Part shown: in pieces, positions 15,801-25,530 of the stretch
Layout of the letters: every line of letters begins with the position of its first letter
Numbering within the stretch: the first letter of the stretch is position 1
Virus record (IMG/VR): IMGVR_UViG_3300044267_003748
Location: 1-25,871 of that record
Length of the DNA: 25,871 bases
Direction: 5' to 3' (one strand)
Source: a virus
Taxonomy: Duplodnaviria; Caudoviricetes
Program-made: the position numbers and the translations under genes
Notes under the pieces: model-generated
Databases searched by the model: none
Told to the model about the DNA's origin: nothing
Seen by the model: only the letters and a program-made list of their open reading frames with translations

Positions 15801-18800
15801 ATGCCAGAGTTAAAACACAATTTCATTAAAGGTCGAATGAACAAAGACCTTGATGAGAGATTAGTACCTAATGGTGAATATAGAGATGCATTAAACATTG
15901 AAGTTGTTAATTCAGAGGGTTCTGATATGGGATCTGCACAAACAACTATGGGTAATGTTTTAAGATCTGCTGGTGTTCCAAATGGTACTTGTGTAGCCTC
16001 TATAGCAAACGAAAAAGAAGATAAAATATATTGGATGATCGCACATCCTCCAGAACAAGATTTTTTTCCAATAACTGCTGTTAATATTCCTCCTCAAAAT
16101 AGAAACCGAATTGTCACAACAGACATTATAGCAGAATATGATTTTAACACTGAAACTACAAATCCAGTGTTAATTGACACGTATAGTATTGCTATACCTA
16201 CTTTCAATGGTTTTGATACTGCTCCTTCAGCAAATATTTTAGATCCAATAATTACTGATCATATAAGAATAGGTATGATTGTTACTGGTTATGATTCTGG
16301 CGGAGAACCTATTTTCTCTAGCCAAGTTGACGATATTAACTCTAATAACCAACCCATTCTTGAAGATGATATAAATATTATTTTCCCTAGTCTTTCATGG
16401 ATAACTTTTACATCAGAAAGGGTTTTAAATTTTGATAGAGAAAGGCTTATAACAGGTATTAATATAATATCTGCATCAGATGAATCTGAAGCCGAAGGAA
16501 TATTATTTTGGACTGATAATCATTCTGAACCAAAAAGAGTTAATATAGAACACACAAAACTAGGATCGTCTGATTGGGAAACACACACATTGTTAATGGT
16601 GAGAAACACTGTATATGGACCAGCTTCAACTACTAGTCCATACGTTCCATCCATACCAATAGAAGAAAGACATGTAACTGTTATTAAGCAAGGTCCTCCT
16701 GCTCCTCCTGTATTATTAATGAGAAGTACTAAAGAAGACGAGGTGGTAGAAGCTGAAATAGATGGTTCTACAAATCCATTTATAGATCCACAAACACTAG
16801 AACTTAATACGGATAATCCAATACCAATACAATTTACTTCAACTCCACAACCTGATTTTGAAAAAGATGACCATTTAATTATATCTTGTGAAGATGATCC
16901 TTCTACTACTATTTTTGAAGAAGACAAAAAAATTAGAGTTATAGTTTATTCAATAGACACCAATACAAATCCACCGACTTATGAATTATTAGTATTATCA
17001 GGAGATCCTACAATTAGACCAGATTTTACTAATTTCAATGTAGAATTAGAGCAAGGTGATCCACTTTTCCAATTTAAATTTCCAAGATTTGCTTATAGGT
17101 ATAAATATGAAGATGGTGAATATTCACCTTTTTCACCATTTACACAAGTAGCTTTTTTACCTGATGATTTTTATTATTTACCTAAAGAAGGGTATAATTT
17201 AGGTATGGTAAATCAATTAAGATATTTAGCTATTAAAGATTTTGTACATCCAAGACTGTTACCTGAAGATGTTGTTTCTATAGATATTTTATATAAAGAA
17301 TCAAATTCGCCTAATATATATTCCGTAAAAACAATAAAGAGAAAAGAATTCAATGCCTCTATATGGGACGAGTGGAATGCTACATCTGATAGTGCAACAC
17401 GACCAGATAACGTTAGAGGATTTTTAAAAATTACATCAGAATTAATTCATAGAACACTACCCTCTAATCAACTATTAAGACCTTGGGATAATGTCCCAAG
17501 AAAAGCGTTAGCACAAGAAATAAGTGGAAATAGATTAATATATGGTAACTATCTTCAAAATTACAATTTAAGCAATAATATAACGAACGAAAAAGATATA
17601 ATTCCTAAATTAAATCTTACAGTTCATTCTGCTAATATAGCAGATGATTCTTTAAAACCTGCTCAAAGAGATGCTGTTTTAAACCAACAATACTCACCTA
17701 GAAAATCAGTTAAATCATTAAGAACATATCAAATTGGAGTAGTTTATATAGATGAATATGGTAGAGAAACACCAGTATTTTCTAACGATACCACTGGTTC
17801 TTTAAATCAAGGAAATGATAGTTCTAGTAGTTCTTCTATTTATATAGAAAAATTAAAAGCAAACCAATCTAATGCTTTAAGAGTAAAGTTAACTAACACT
17901 GTACCTGATTGGGCAAAAGCGTTTAAATATTTTGTAAAAGAAACTTCTAACGAATACTATAATTTAGCTTTAGATAGATGGTATGACGCTGAAGATGGTA
18001 ATGTTTGGTTAAGTTTTCCTTCGTCAGAAAGAAATAAAGTAGATATAGATACTTTTTTAATATTAAAAAAAGAACATGATGCTGATGTATTTGTTACTGA
18101 GCCTGCTAGATATAAAATTTTAGCTATAGAAAATGAAGCGCCAACATTTATAAAAACTGATCCTGTTTCGCTTGGTATATTTACAGACGACGCTAATGGT
18201 GATTTAATAGGACCCGGTGGTATAGGTTGGCCTCTTCCAGAATTAAGAGAAATATGGCTTGAAAAAAATGCTTTTGACAATTTAGGATGGGACCAAACTA
18301 TATTAGGTAGCGACGATTTAAATCAAATGTGGTTAAGAATTAAAGGAACCACACTTAGATCTGATTGGTATCAATTAGCCAGTGTCGGAGCGGCACCTCA
18401 AGGTGGTAATAATTACATTGTAAAAACTAAAAAGCGATTTGGCGAAGACATGTCTTTGACTAGTGCTAATGGTGATTATACCAGTAGGTATGGCGGTTTA
18501 GAAATAGAAATAGTAAATAGAAAAATTTCACATAAAGCAGAGTTTGATGGTAGGTTTTTTGTTAAAATACTTAAAGATCAATCTTTTATAAACAGAATTA
18601 TAAAACCTATAGTTGGTGAAAATCAATATATAGCTAGATATAGTAAAAAAGTTCAATATATAAATCCTGTAAGTCCACATAATACAAACACTGGAAGTGT
18701 AGAAGATTGGTATGGATTTGGTTATGACTCTGATAAGATAAGTCATAGTAATCACAGTTCTAAACCTTGGAGATGGACACCTTCTGGTGGTGGTAGCGGT

Positions 18801-21800
18801 CAAGATTACTGGTCTTGGGCTGGAATAAGCAAAGAGACAGATCATAATTCGAGTGGTTGGTTTATAGATTCAGCACACGCTTTTAGACGGTTTCGATCAG
18901 AATGGGAAATGCGAGAGCCAAATAGTGATACCCAAAATCGTACTAAACAATATTATACTAATCCAGGATCTAGATCAGCCAATAGAAATAGAGTAACTAA
19001 TGACACGGGTACAACTTATAAAGACCCTGATCAAAAACCTTTAGCTATGCGAGTTGGTATAGCTAATAATTCATCAACTTTAACATCTGCACCTGGTTCA
19101 CAGGGAAATACGCAAGGTATGCAATTTCCACCAAAACCCCACTCGCCTTCTACTTGGGCATTCATGCCAGATTTAATGGATTTTCCTAATACGGAAGGTG
19201 GTGAAATAGTACCATCAACCGGCATAGATGTTGTTAATGATATGATACATTTATCTTTTGCTGGTTTTGGAGATAGTCATAGTACTTCACCAACAAATTT
19301 TGCTAATCTTAAATTAGAACTGCAAGATTGGGGAAATGATTACGCAGCAGATTTAATTTTTGCAAATGAAATAAGTACACCTGGAACATTGTGGAGATGG
19401 AAAGAAGATCCAGATCACAAAGACAATGGCGGTGATGAAGATATGATATATCAAACAATATCAAATACAAATGTAATACCGGGAACAGTGCAGTCTCCAG
19501 GAGTATTTGCTGCTAATGTTAATGATTATTGGGGAAGCGAAAGAGGTGTTGCTTTATATAACTATATAGGATTTGAAGATTATTTAGCTAGACCACATCA
19601 TAAGGTTACTGGATCAATTCTTGGTATACCATATAGTTTTGATATTTGTTATTGGTCTTCAACTGGTATTAAAAATAATAGTGTTAACTGTAGTCCGACT
19701 GGCTGTGCATTAGGTGGTGTTAATATTCATGGAAACTATGGTAGTGATAATGCTTTTGGATATGAAAGTAACTACTATACAGGAAACTTCCCTATGGTAG
19801 TTGACGATTGGAACAAAGGGCCTGCTAAACGTAGGAGATATCAATTTGTTGCGAAAACACTAAAAACAGATCAAAATGGTAATAGAATGAAGTTAGGTAG
19901 TGGACCACATGGATACTTACCAACAAATGATCCAAATCTTGATTCTCATTTTGATGCCAATGGTTTAACTATAACAGATTACCCTACAGGACACCCAGCG
20001 GCTGGAACAGCTATAGCTACATCAGCACCAGGTATAAGATTTGACGGTATGTATTCTGGTTTATCAGCTACATCAGCGGTTAATAATGGAGCTGAAATAC
20101 CAAGTAAAAAAACATGGAATACAGATACTGGTGTTGCTAGTAACTTAGATCAATCTAGAGCACCAGGCTCTGTTACTTGGCAAATATTAGAACCTTTTAC
20201 TGAAGATGAAGAAACTTTTTCTAGTAGACAACCTGCTATTTTTGAAACGGAACCTAAGGAAGACGTTGGGTTAGATATATACCATGAAGTTGGGCAAATA
20301 TATCCTGTAGAAATAACTGAAAAAACAATAGAACAATTTGTAGGTCCAGTACATACAGATCTTGTTTTAAATTCTTATGTGAAGTGTTATAGACCTTCTC
20401 AACAGAATTTTATTTCAATGGAAGCGCCTTCTCCAGATCCTGATTTACGAAAAAATATTAGAGTTGCAAGTATAGAACAGGATACCACTAGAATAGCTAT
20501 ACAATCATTAGATCTTTATTCTCCTCTGGATCCAGGTGGTACACCTCCAGCTATTGGTGATACACTTGTGTTTACTAGATCTAATGGTGGCGAAACAGAA
20601 GCTGCGATTATTGATATTGATGGTTCTTGGATAGAATTAGCGCCAGACGTACATAATAATATGGTAAGATTACCTTGGCATAATTGCTATTCATTTGGAA
20701 ATGGAGTTGAATCTGATAGAGTTAGAGACGATTATAATCAAGTTACTATTGATAATGGACCAAAAGCATCTACAACTTTAGAAGAACCTTATTTAGAAGA
20801 AAGACGATGTTCTGGTTTAATTCATTCTGGTATATACAACTCTTTAAGTGGGGTTAATAATTTAAATCAATTTATTCAAGCTGAAAAGATAACAAAAGAT
20901 TTGAACCCAACGTATGGTTGTGTTCAAAAATTACATTCAAGAAATACTGATTTAATTACTCTTTGTGAAGACAAAGTGTTAACAGTTTTAGCAAATAAAG
21001 ACGCGCTGTTTAATGCTGACGGAAGTACTAATTTAACATCTAGTTCAAATGTGTTAGGACAAGTTATGCCAGCTTCAAGAGCCGAATATGGTATATCAAA
21101 AAATCCAGAATCATTTGCTTCACAAGCAAACAGAATGTATTTTGTTGATAGAAGTAGAGGCGCTGTTTTAAGATTTAGCCAAAATGGTTTGCAAGCTATA
21201 TCAAGCACTGGTATGAAAGATTATTTTTCTGATAATTTACCAAATGCTAATAGAATAATTGGTAGCTTTGATGATAGAAAAGGAAGTTATAATATTACTT
21301 TTAATAATACAACTGTATCTTATACTGAATCTGCAAAAGGTTGGACAAGTTTTAAATCTTTTGTGCAAGAAAATGGTTTAAGTTTAAATAGTTCTTACTA
21401 TACATTTAACGACGGTAATTTATGGGAACATCATGTTAATCCAATTAGGAATACTTTTTATGGTAATTCTTTTGATTCTTCAATAAAGTTTCTATTTAAC
21501 GAAGTACCAGGTTCAGTAAAAAGTTTTAACACATTAAATTACGAAGGTTCTCAAGCTAGAACAACTTTAAATTTAAATGATCCAGATTACTATAATAATA
21601 TAGCAAAAGATGGTTGGTATGTAGATTTAATTGAAACTAATTTACAAACTGGTAATAATTTAGAATTTAAAGATAAAGAAGGTAAATGGTTTTCTACGAT
21701 AAAAGGAGAAACCACAACTCTTCAAAATCTTGATACACAAGAATTTTCCGTACAAGGAATTGGTAATGCTGAAATTATATCATGTCCCCAATGTCCAACC

Positions 21801-23540
21801 TCATGGGTGTGTGAAGAAACAACTATTGAAGTGTCAGATTGTCAAAGTTTAACAAGAGTAGGTTTTCCTTTTGGTGTACAAGGACTTACTGATATTGATA
21901 CAATAGATGATTTCATTCAATTTCTTAGTGATCCAGCAAATAACCACACAGGTACACATATATCTCAAGTATATGCTTGTTTAAGAGATCAATCAGTATT
22001 ATACCTTTATTATAACCAAGGATATAGTACTACTTGGACACCTGGTATTTGTTACTGTCATGGCGCTGGATCTGGACAATATGGCGTGCTTACTAAGGGT
22101 TATGCGTTAGGATTTGAACTTCAGAATGTTTACACGATTTCAGTATCACAATATACAACATGGGATAATTTTTTAAGTACTATTATAAACGATTGGAGTA
22201 CTTGGTCTCAATTAAGTTGTCCAGTGACACCCGGTATGACTTATCATCAACTATTATCAGCATTAAGCACTTGGGGACAGCAACCAAACGCTGAGGGAAG
22301 ACCTAGAATTAATATTGGAGAACACACCCCTTGCAACTGTACACCTCAAAAACAATGTGATTGTGTAGAGGTAATTGGTTCACATGGCGCGCCTACAAAG
22401 ATAGATTGTGAAAATGATACTAGTAATTGCTGCGGTTCAGGACCAGGGCCAGGACCAACTAATTGTTGCGATGATCCTTTAGCTGATAATTATGATCCTA
22501 ATTGTAACAGCACTTGTCCTGATATAACTATTGGTGATTATAATCAATTATGGATAGATAACGGTAGCGTTGTGTGGGACGCAACAACATCATATAATAA
22601 AGGATTTACTAATTTTTATGGTTATAACGTGCCTACAACCTTAGTAAAACATAATAATGAAATTTATTTCGCTAGATACAATTCTCCTATTGGAATTGAA
22701 CCTGGTAACGAGCCATCTATTCCATCTAATGGATTTGGTAATTTCACTAAATGGATTAAAGCTAGTGAATGGTGGAATCAAGGATCTATAATTAGAAAAT
22801 CTTGCTGTCAATATGATGGTTGTAAAGATTTACCTGGAAACCGTTTAGATATTATAGGGGGAGGATATATTAATAATGACAATCAAACTTGTTTACCGAT
22901 CGTATACGGTTGTATGGATTGTGGACCTAATAACCAGGGTACTCAATCAGCAGTGTCATGGTATGAAAATAATCAAAATAGACCACCTAATTATACTAAT
23001 ATTAGTAACATAAATTCAAATTATCCGAAAAGTGCAGAAAATTATTATCAAGGTGCGGACGTAGATGATGGAACTTGCATTTATATTACTTACGAATGTG
23101 ATGGTAATGGTAACTGTAGTAGCACGCCTGTTATATGGGACGGCACGCAAAATAATGGAAATTATTATGCTACATTAGCAGATTGCCAAAGTAATTGCTC
23201 TACGAGTTCTTGCCCTCCTTATTTAATACAAAATGTTGATTATTTTATAACCCAAACAAATGACACGGGATCAGCACAAAATAATAATTGCGATGCCTCT
23301 ATAAATTTTAGTGCAAGTATACCTAACTTTACAACTGGAGACAGTTGGGATGCTGAGGTTCAAGATTCTTCGCAAAATGTAGTTTATAGTGACATGGGGA
23401 ATAACGTATCAACTGGAGGATGGTGGGCAGGTAATGGAGTATTTTGCGCGGGAACTTATACTATTAATGTCACGCATAACATGGCTAACGGAAATACTTG
23501 TAGTTGGCAAATTGGAGTCTTTATACAAACTGTAAATTAA
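15801..23540 (+). CDS. Tail muzzle / stabilisation protein (P22 gp10-like, crAss muzzle-like) with large insertions and a Cys-rich C-terminal extension
   Basis: N-terminal FIKGRMNKDLDERLVPNGEYRDALNI; LFWTDNHSEPKRVNI, FAYRYKYEDGEYSPFSPF, GNRLIYGNY, YGISKNPESFA and KSFNTLNYEG core motifs; core ends near EFSVQGIG (~21765). Confidence 0.8.
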   Translation: MPELKHNFIKGRMNKDLDERLVPNGEYRDALNIEVVNSEGSDMGSAQTTMGNVLRSAGVPNGTCVASIANEKEDKIYWMIAHPPEQDFFPITAVNIPPQNRNRIVTTDIIAEYDFNTETTNPVLIDTYSIAIPTFNGFDTAPSANILDPIITDHIRIGMIVTGYDSGGEPIFSSQVDDINSNNQPILEDDINIIFPSLSWITFTSERVLNFDRERLITGINIISASDESEAEGILFWTDNHSEPKRVNIEHTKLGSSDWETHTLLMVRNTVYGPASTTSPYVPSIPIEERHVTVIKQGPPAPPVLLMRSTKEDEVVEAEIDGSTNPFIDPQTLELNTDNPIPIQFTSTPQPDFEKDDHLIISCEDDPSTTIFEEDKKIRVIVYSIDTNTNPPTYELLVLSGDPTIRPDFTNFNVELEQGDPLFQFKFPRFAYRYKYEDGEYSPFSPFTQVAFLPDDFYYLPKEGYNLGMVNQLRYLAIKDFVHPRLLPEDVVSIDILYKESNSPNIYSVKTIKRKEFNASIWDEWNATSDSATRPDNVRGFLKITSELIHRTLPSNQLLRPWDNVPRKALAQEISGNRLIYGNYLQNYNLSNNITNEKDIIPKLNLTVHSANIADDSLKPAQRDAVLNQQYSPRKSVKSLRTYQIGVVYIDEYGRETPVFSNDTTGSLNQGNDSSSSSSIYIEKLKANQSNALRVKLTNTVPDWAKAFKYFVKETSNEYYNLALDRWYDAEDGNVWLSFPSSERNKVDIDTFLILKKEHDADVFVTEPARYKILAIENEAPTFIKTDPVSLGIFTDDANGDLIGPGGIGWPLPELREIWLEKNAFDNLGWDQTILGSDDLNQMWLRIKGTTLRSDWYQLASVGAAPQGGNNYIVKTKKRFGEDMSLTSANGDYTSRYGGLEIEIVNRKISHKAEFDGRFFVKILKDQSFINRIIKPIVGENQYIARYSKKVQYINPVSPHNTNTGSVEDWYGFGYDSDKISHSNHSSKPWRWTPSGGGSGQDYWSWAGISKETDHNSSGWFIDSAHAFRRFRSEWEMREPNSDTQNRTKQYYTNPGSRSANRNRVTNDTGTTYKDPDQKPLAMRVGIANNSSTLTSAPGSQGNTQGMQFPPKPHSPSTWAFMPDLMDFPNTEGGEIVPSTGIDVVNDMIHLSFAGFGDSHSTSPTNFANLKLELQDWGNDYAADLIFANEISTPGTLWRWKEDPDHKDNGGDEDMIYQTISNTNVIPGTVQSPGVFAANVNDYWGSERGVALYNYIGFEDYLARPHHKVTGSILGIPYSFDICYWSSTGIKNNSVNCSPTGCALGGVNIHGNYGSDNAFGYESNYYTGNFPMVVDDWNKGPAKRRRYQFVAKTLKTDQNGNRMKLGSGPHGYLPTNDPNLDSHFDANGLTITDYPTGHPAAGTAIATSAPGIRFDGMYSGLSATSAVNNGAEIPSKKTWNTDTGVASNLDQSRAPGSVTWQILEPFTEDEETFSSRQPAIFETEPKEDVGLDIYHEVGQIYPVEITEKTIEQFVGPVHTDLVLNSYVKCYRPSQQNFISMEAPSPDPDLRKNIRVASIEQDTTRIAIQSLDLYSPLDPGGTPPAIGDTLVFTRSNGGETEAAIIDIDGSWIELAPDVHNNMVRLPWHNCYSFGNGVESDRVRDDYNQVTIDNGPKASTTLEEPYLEERRCSGLIHSGIYNSLSGVNNLNQFIQAEKITKDLNPTYGCVQKLHSRNTDLITLCEDKVLTVLANKDALFNADGSTNLTSSSNVLGQVMPASRAEYGISKNPESFASQANRMYFVDRSRGAVLRFSQNGLQAISSTGMKDYFSDNLPNANRIIGSFDDRKGSYNITFNNTTVSYTESAKGWTSFKSFVQENGLSLNSSYYTFNDGNLWEHHVNPIRNTFYGNSFDSSIKFLFNEVPGSVKSFNTLNYEGSQARTTLNLNDPDYYNNIAKDGWYVDLIETNLQTGNNLEFKDKEGKWFSTIKGETTTLQNLDTQEFSVQGIGNAEIISCPQCPTSWVCEETTIEVSDCQSLTRVGFPFGVQGLTDIDTIDDFIQFLSDPANNHTGTHISQVYACLRDQSVLYLYYNQGYSTTWTPGICYCHGAGSGQYGVLTKGYALGFELQNVYTISVSQYTTWDNFLSTIINDWSTWSQLSCPVTPGMTYHQLLSALSTWGQQPNAEGRPRINIGEHTPCNCTPQKQCDCVEVIGSHGAPTKIDCENDTSNCCGSGPGPGPTNCCDDPLADNYDPNCNSTCPDITIGDYNQLWIDNGSVVWDATTSYNKGFTNFYGYNVPTTLVKHNNEIYFARYNSPIGIEPGNEPSIPSNGFGNFTKWIKASEWWNQGSIIRKSCCQYDGCKDLPGNRLDIIGGGYINNDNQTCLPIVYGCMDCGPNNQGTQSAVSWYENNQNRPPNYTNISNINSNYPKSAENYYQGADVDDGTCIYITYECDGNGNCSSTPVIWDGTQNNGNYYATLADCQSNCSTSSCPPYLIQNVDYFITQTNDTGSAQNNNCDASINFSASIPNFTTGDSWDAEVQDSSQNVVYSDMGNNVSTGGWWAGNGVFCAGTYTINVTHNMANGNTCSWQIGVFIQTVN

Positions 23541-23549
23541 AAATATATT

Positions 23550-25526
23550 ATGTTAAATTACTTTTATCCAAGATATTATTTAGCTGAAGGCGGAACTGAT
23601 ACTGGTGGTAGAGCAACAGAAGCAGGGGGAGCAACTGATGTAAGAAGTGGCAGTGCTGATTATGCATCGACTGGTTATGCTGAAAGAACAACTACACCTT
23701 CAGTTACTACAACATTTCAAACTAGTGGTAGAAATACAATAACTGCTCCTCAACCACCAAACGCTATAAATACTAATGGAATAGTTGCAGTAAAAGTTAA
23801 GATAAATAAATCTGGTAAAGTAATAAGTGCTATTCCAGGTGAAAAAGGAACAAATACAACAAATAAATATTTTTTAGATAAATCTAAAAAAGCCGCTTTA
23901 GAAACAACATTTGTCCCTAAAGAAACCGATATTGAAAAAGAAGAAGGCGTAATTGTTTATACGTTTAGTAGTGGTAATTTTTCTGAATCTAAAATATCAA
24001 CACGTGATAAAGTAATAAATAGTATACACATACAAGATGTAGAAAAACCCATAAAACAAGATGGTGAAACTAGAAAAGTTGATATAAAAGGAACTGAAGG
24101 TTCTATGTATACTATAACAGTAAAAACTAGTTCTGGTTGTAGTGTTTTAAATGAAAAAATAGAAAATTTTAAATTGCCAGTTGATGGAAAACACTCTTTT
24201 CATATTGATTTTCCAAAAATAGATGCTAGTATAAGTTCGGAAACTTATGAATTTGAAATGATTCCTTCTGCTGATACTACTCTTTATAAAGAAGTAGTGG
24301 GTGATATTGAACGCCCAACAAATGTACAAACTAAAAAAACTATTTATCAATATAAAGATCCAACTATAACATTTACAAACGCCTCAACACAAACTGGACC
24401 AGCCTTGTCAGTTAGCGGTAGTGATGTTACTAAAACAGGGCCAGCGTTAACAAGACATAGTGATACATCAGGACAAGCATCTTCTACATACGCATTAACA
24501 ATTACTGAAAATCCAGATGACACAGAGGGATTTTTCTATGTAAATAAAAATGTTAATTTTAGAGATAATATAACTAGTGATAAAGTTGTAAGAAAAATAG
24601 TTAGAAGAGAAATAAGTGGAGATAATACTGTAACAAAAACATTAAGATTAGATCCTGCTCCAGCTGTATCTACAGGTTCTGCTGTTACGGACACTGGTAT
24701 GATAACAGATTCTGATGGTAATATAAGTGGTGATTTATATGGGGATATGATAATGAGTGGTAGTGTTTCTTATACAAAAACTGTCGTTTTAAGTATTGAT
24801 ACAGATAATTGTTATATACCTACAGATAAGTTTAAATTAATGGATACTAATAATCTTTTTGAAGATATGGAAGTTGAAGGTAGAGGTATATTTGGAAGTG
24901 GTACTAGAGTTTTAAAAATAGATTGTGACGAAAAAATAGTAACATTATCTTCAAGACATATAATAAAAAAAGATACAGAATTAACTTTTAAGCACAATGT
25001 TAATGGTTGGTTTAAAGTGCATTCAAACATGGATAGCGAAGGTAAAGCTTGTATAGAGTTATACGAACCACAAAGAGTTCCAGATAGAATTGAATTATCA
25101 TTTGATAGATCTAAAACTTTAGTAGATGCAAGAGTTAAACAAAGCGGTAGTGGTACTAATTCTGTAACGTTAAGTTCAGAAATTAAAATTCTAGAGTATG
25201 GCACAGAGGATGTTACTTACACTTTAGACTTAGATAATTTTATAACAAAAACACCAAACGCTTATGATCAAGACGTGGATATTAAAAAAGAAACAGCTAC
25301 AAGTATTTATTTATTAGCTAAAGACACAGATGATAACGCAACAGATAAAACAGCTACAGTAGTTAAAAATCCTCAACATGGTACTGTTGGTGGTTGGAAT
25401 TCAACTAGAAACGCAATACAATATGAACCTCACACTGGATTTACAGGACAAGATTCATTTACTTTTACAGTTAGTGATGGTGTTAATTCTAGTTCTGAAA
25501 AAAGAGTTTTTATAACAGTAAATTAA
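23550..25526 (+). CDS. Tail-region multidomain protein: TonB/TolA-CTD-like domain, beta-rich modules, C-terminal Ig-like (Big_9/cadherin-like) domain
   Basis: aa ~56-139 resemble TonB_C. The C-terminus PNAYDQ...L.AKDTD...VVKNPQHGTV...IQYEPHTGFTGQDSFTFTVSDG is a typical Big_9 repeat (25254..25523). Confidence 0.75.
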   Translation: MLNYFYPRYYLAEGGTDTGGRATEAGGATDVRSGSADYASTGYAERTTTPSVTTTFQTSGRNTITAPQPPNAINTNGIVAVKVKINKSGKVISAIPGEKGTNTTNKYFLDKSKKAALETTFVPKETDIEKEEGVIVYTFSSGNFSESKISTRDKVINSIHIQDVEKPIKQDGETRKVDIKGTEGSMYTITVKTSSGCSVLNEKIENFKLPVDGKHSFHIDFPKIDASISSETYEFEMIPSADTTLYKEVVGDIERPTNVQTKKTIYQYKDPTITFTNASTQTGPALSVSGSDVTKTGPALTRHSDTSGQASSTYALTITENPDDTEGFFYVNKNVNFRDNITSDKVVRKIVRREISGDNTVTKTLRLDPAPAVSTGSAVTDTGMITDSDGNISGDLYGDMIMSGSVSYTKTVVLSIDTDNCYIPTDKFKLMDTNNLFEDMEVEGRGIFGSGTRVLKIDCDEKIVTLSSRHIIKKDTELTFKHNVNGWFKVHSNMDSEGKACIELYEPQRVPDRIELSFDRSKTLVDARVKQSGSGTNSVTLSSEIKILEYGTEDVTYTLDLDNFITKTPNAYDQDVDIKKETATSIYLLAKDTDDNATDKTATVVKNPQHGTVGGWNSTRNAIQYEPHTGFTGQDSFTFTVSDGVNSSSEKRVFITVN

Positions 25527-25530
25527 ATAT

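Noticed and set aside
1275-25204. All minus-strand ORFs in the track (e.g. 1275..1673, 5031..5342, 7268..7570, 16520..16927, 24812..25204)
   Set aside because: They lie antisense to well-supported plus-strand genes, show shadow-frame composition (Ser/Leu/Phe/Ile-rich) and have no motifs.
21780-25526. Diversity-generating retroelement target/template pair
   Set aside because: No reverse transcriptase in the window, and I saw no ~100-nt near-duplicate differing at adenines.
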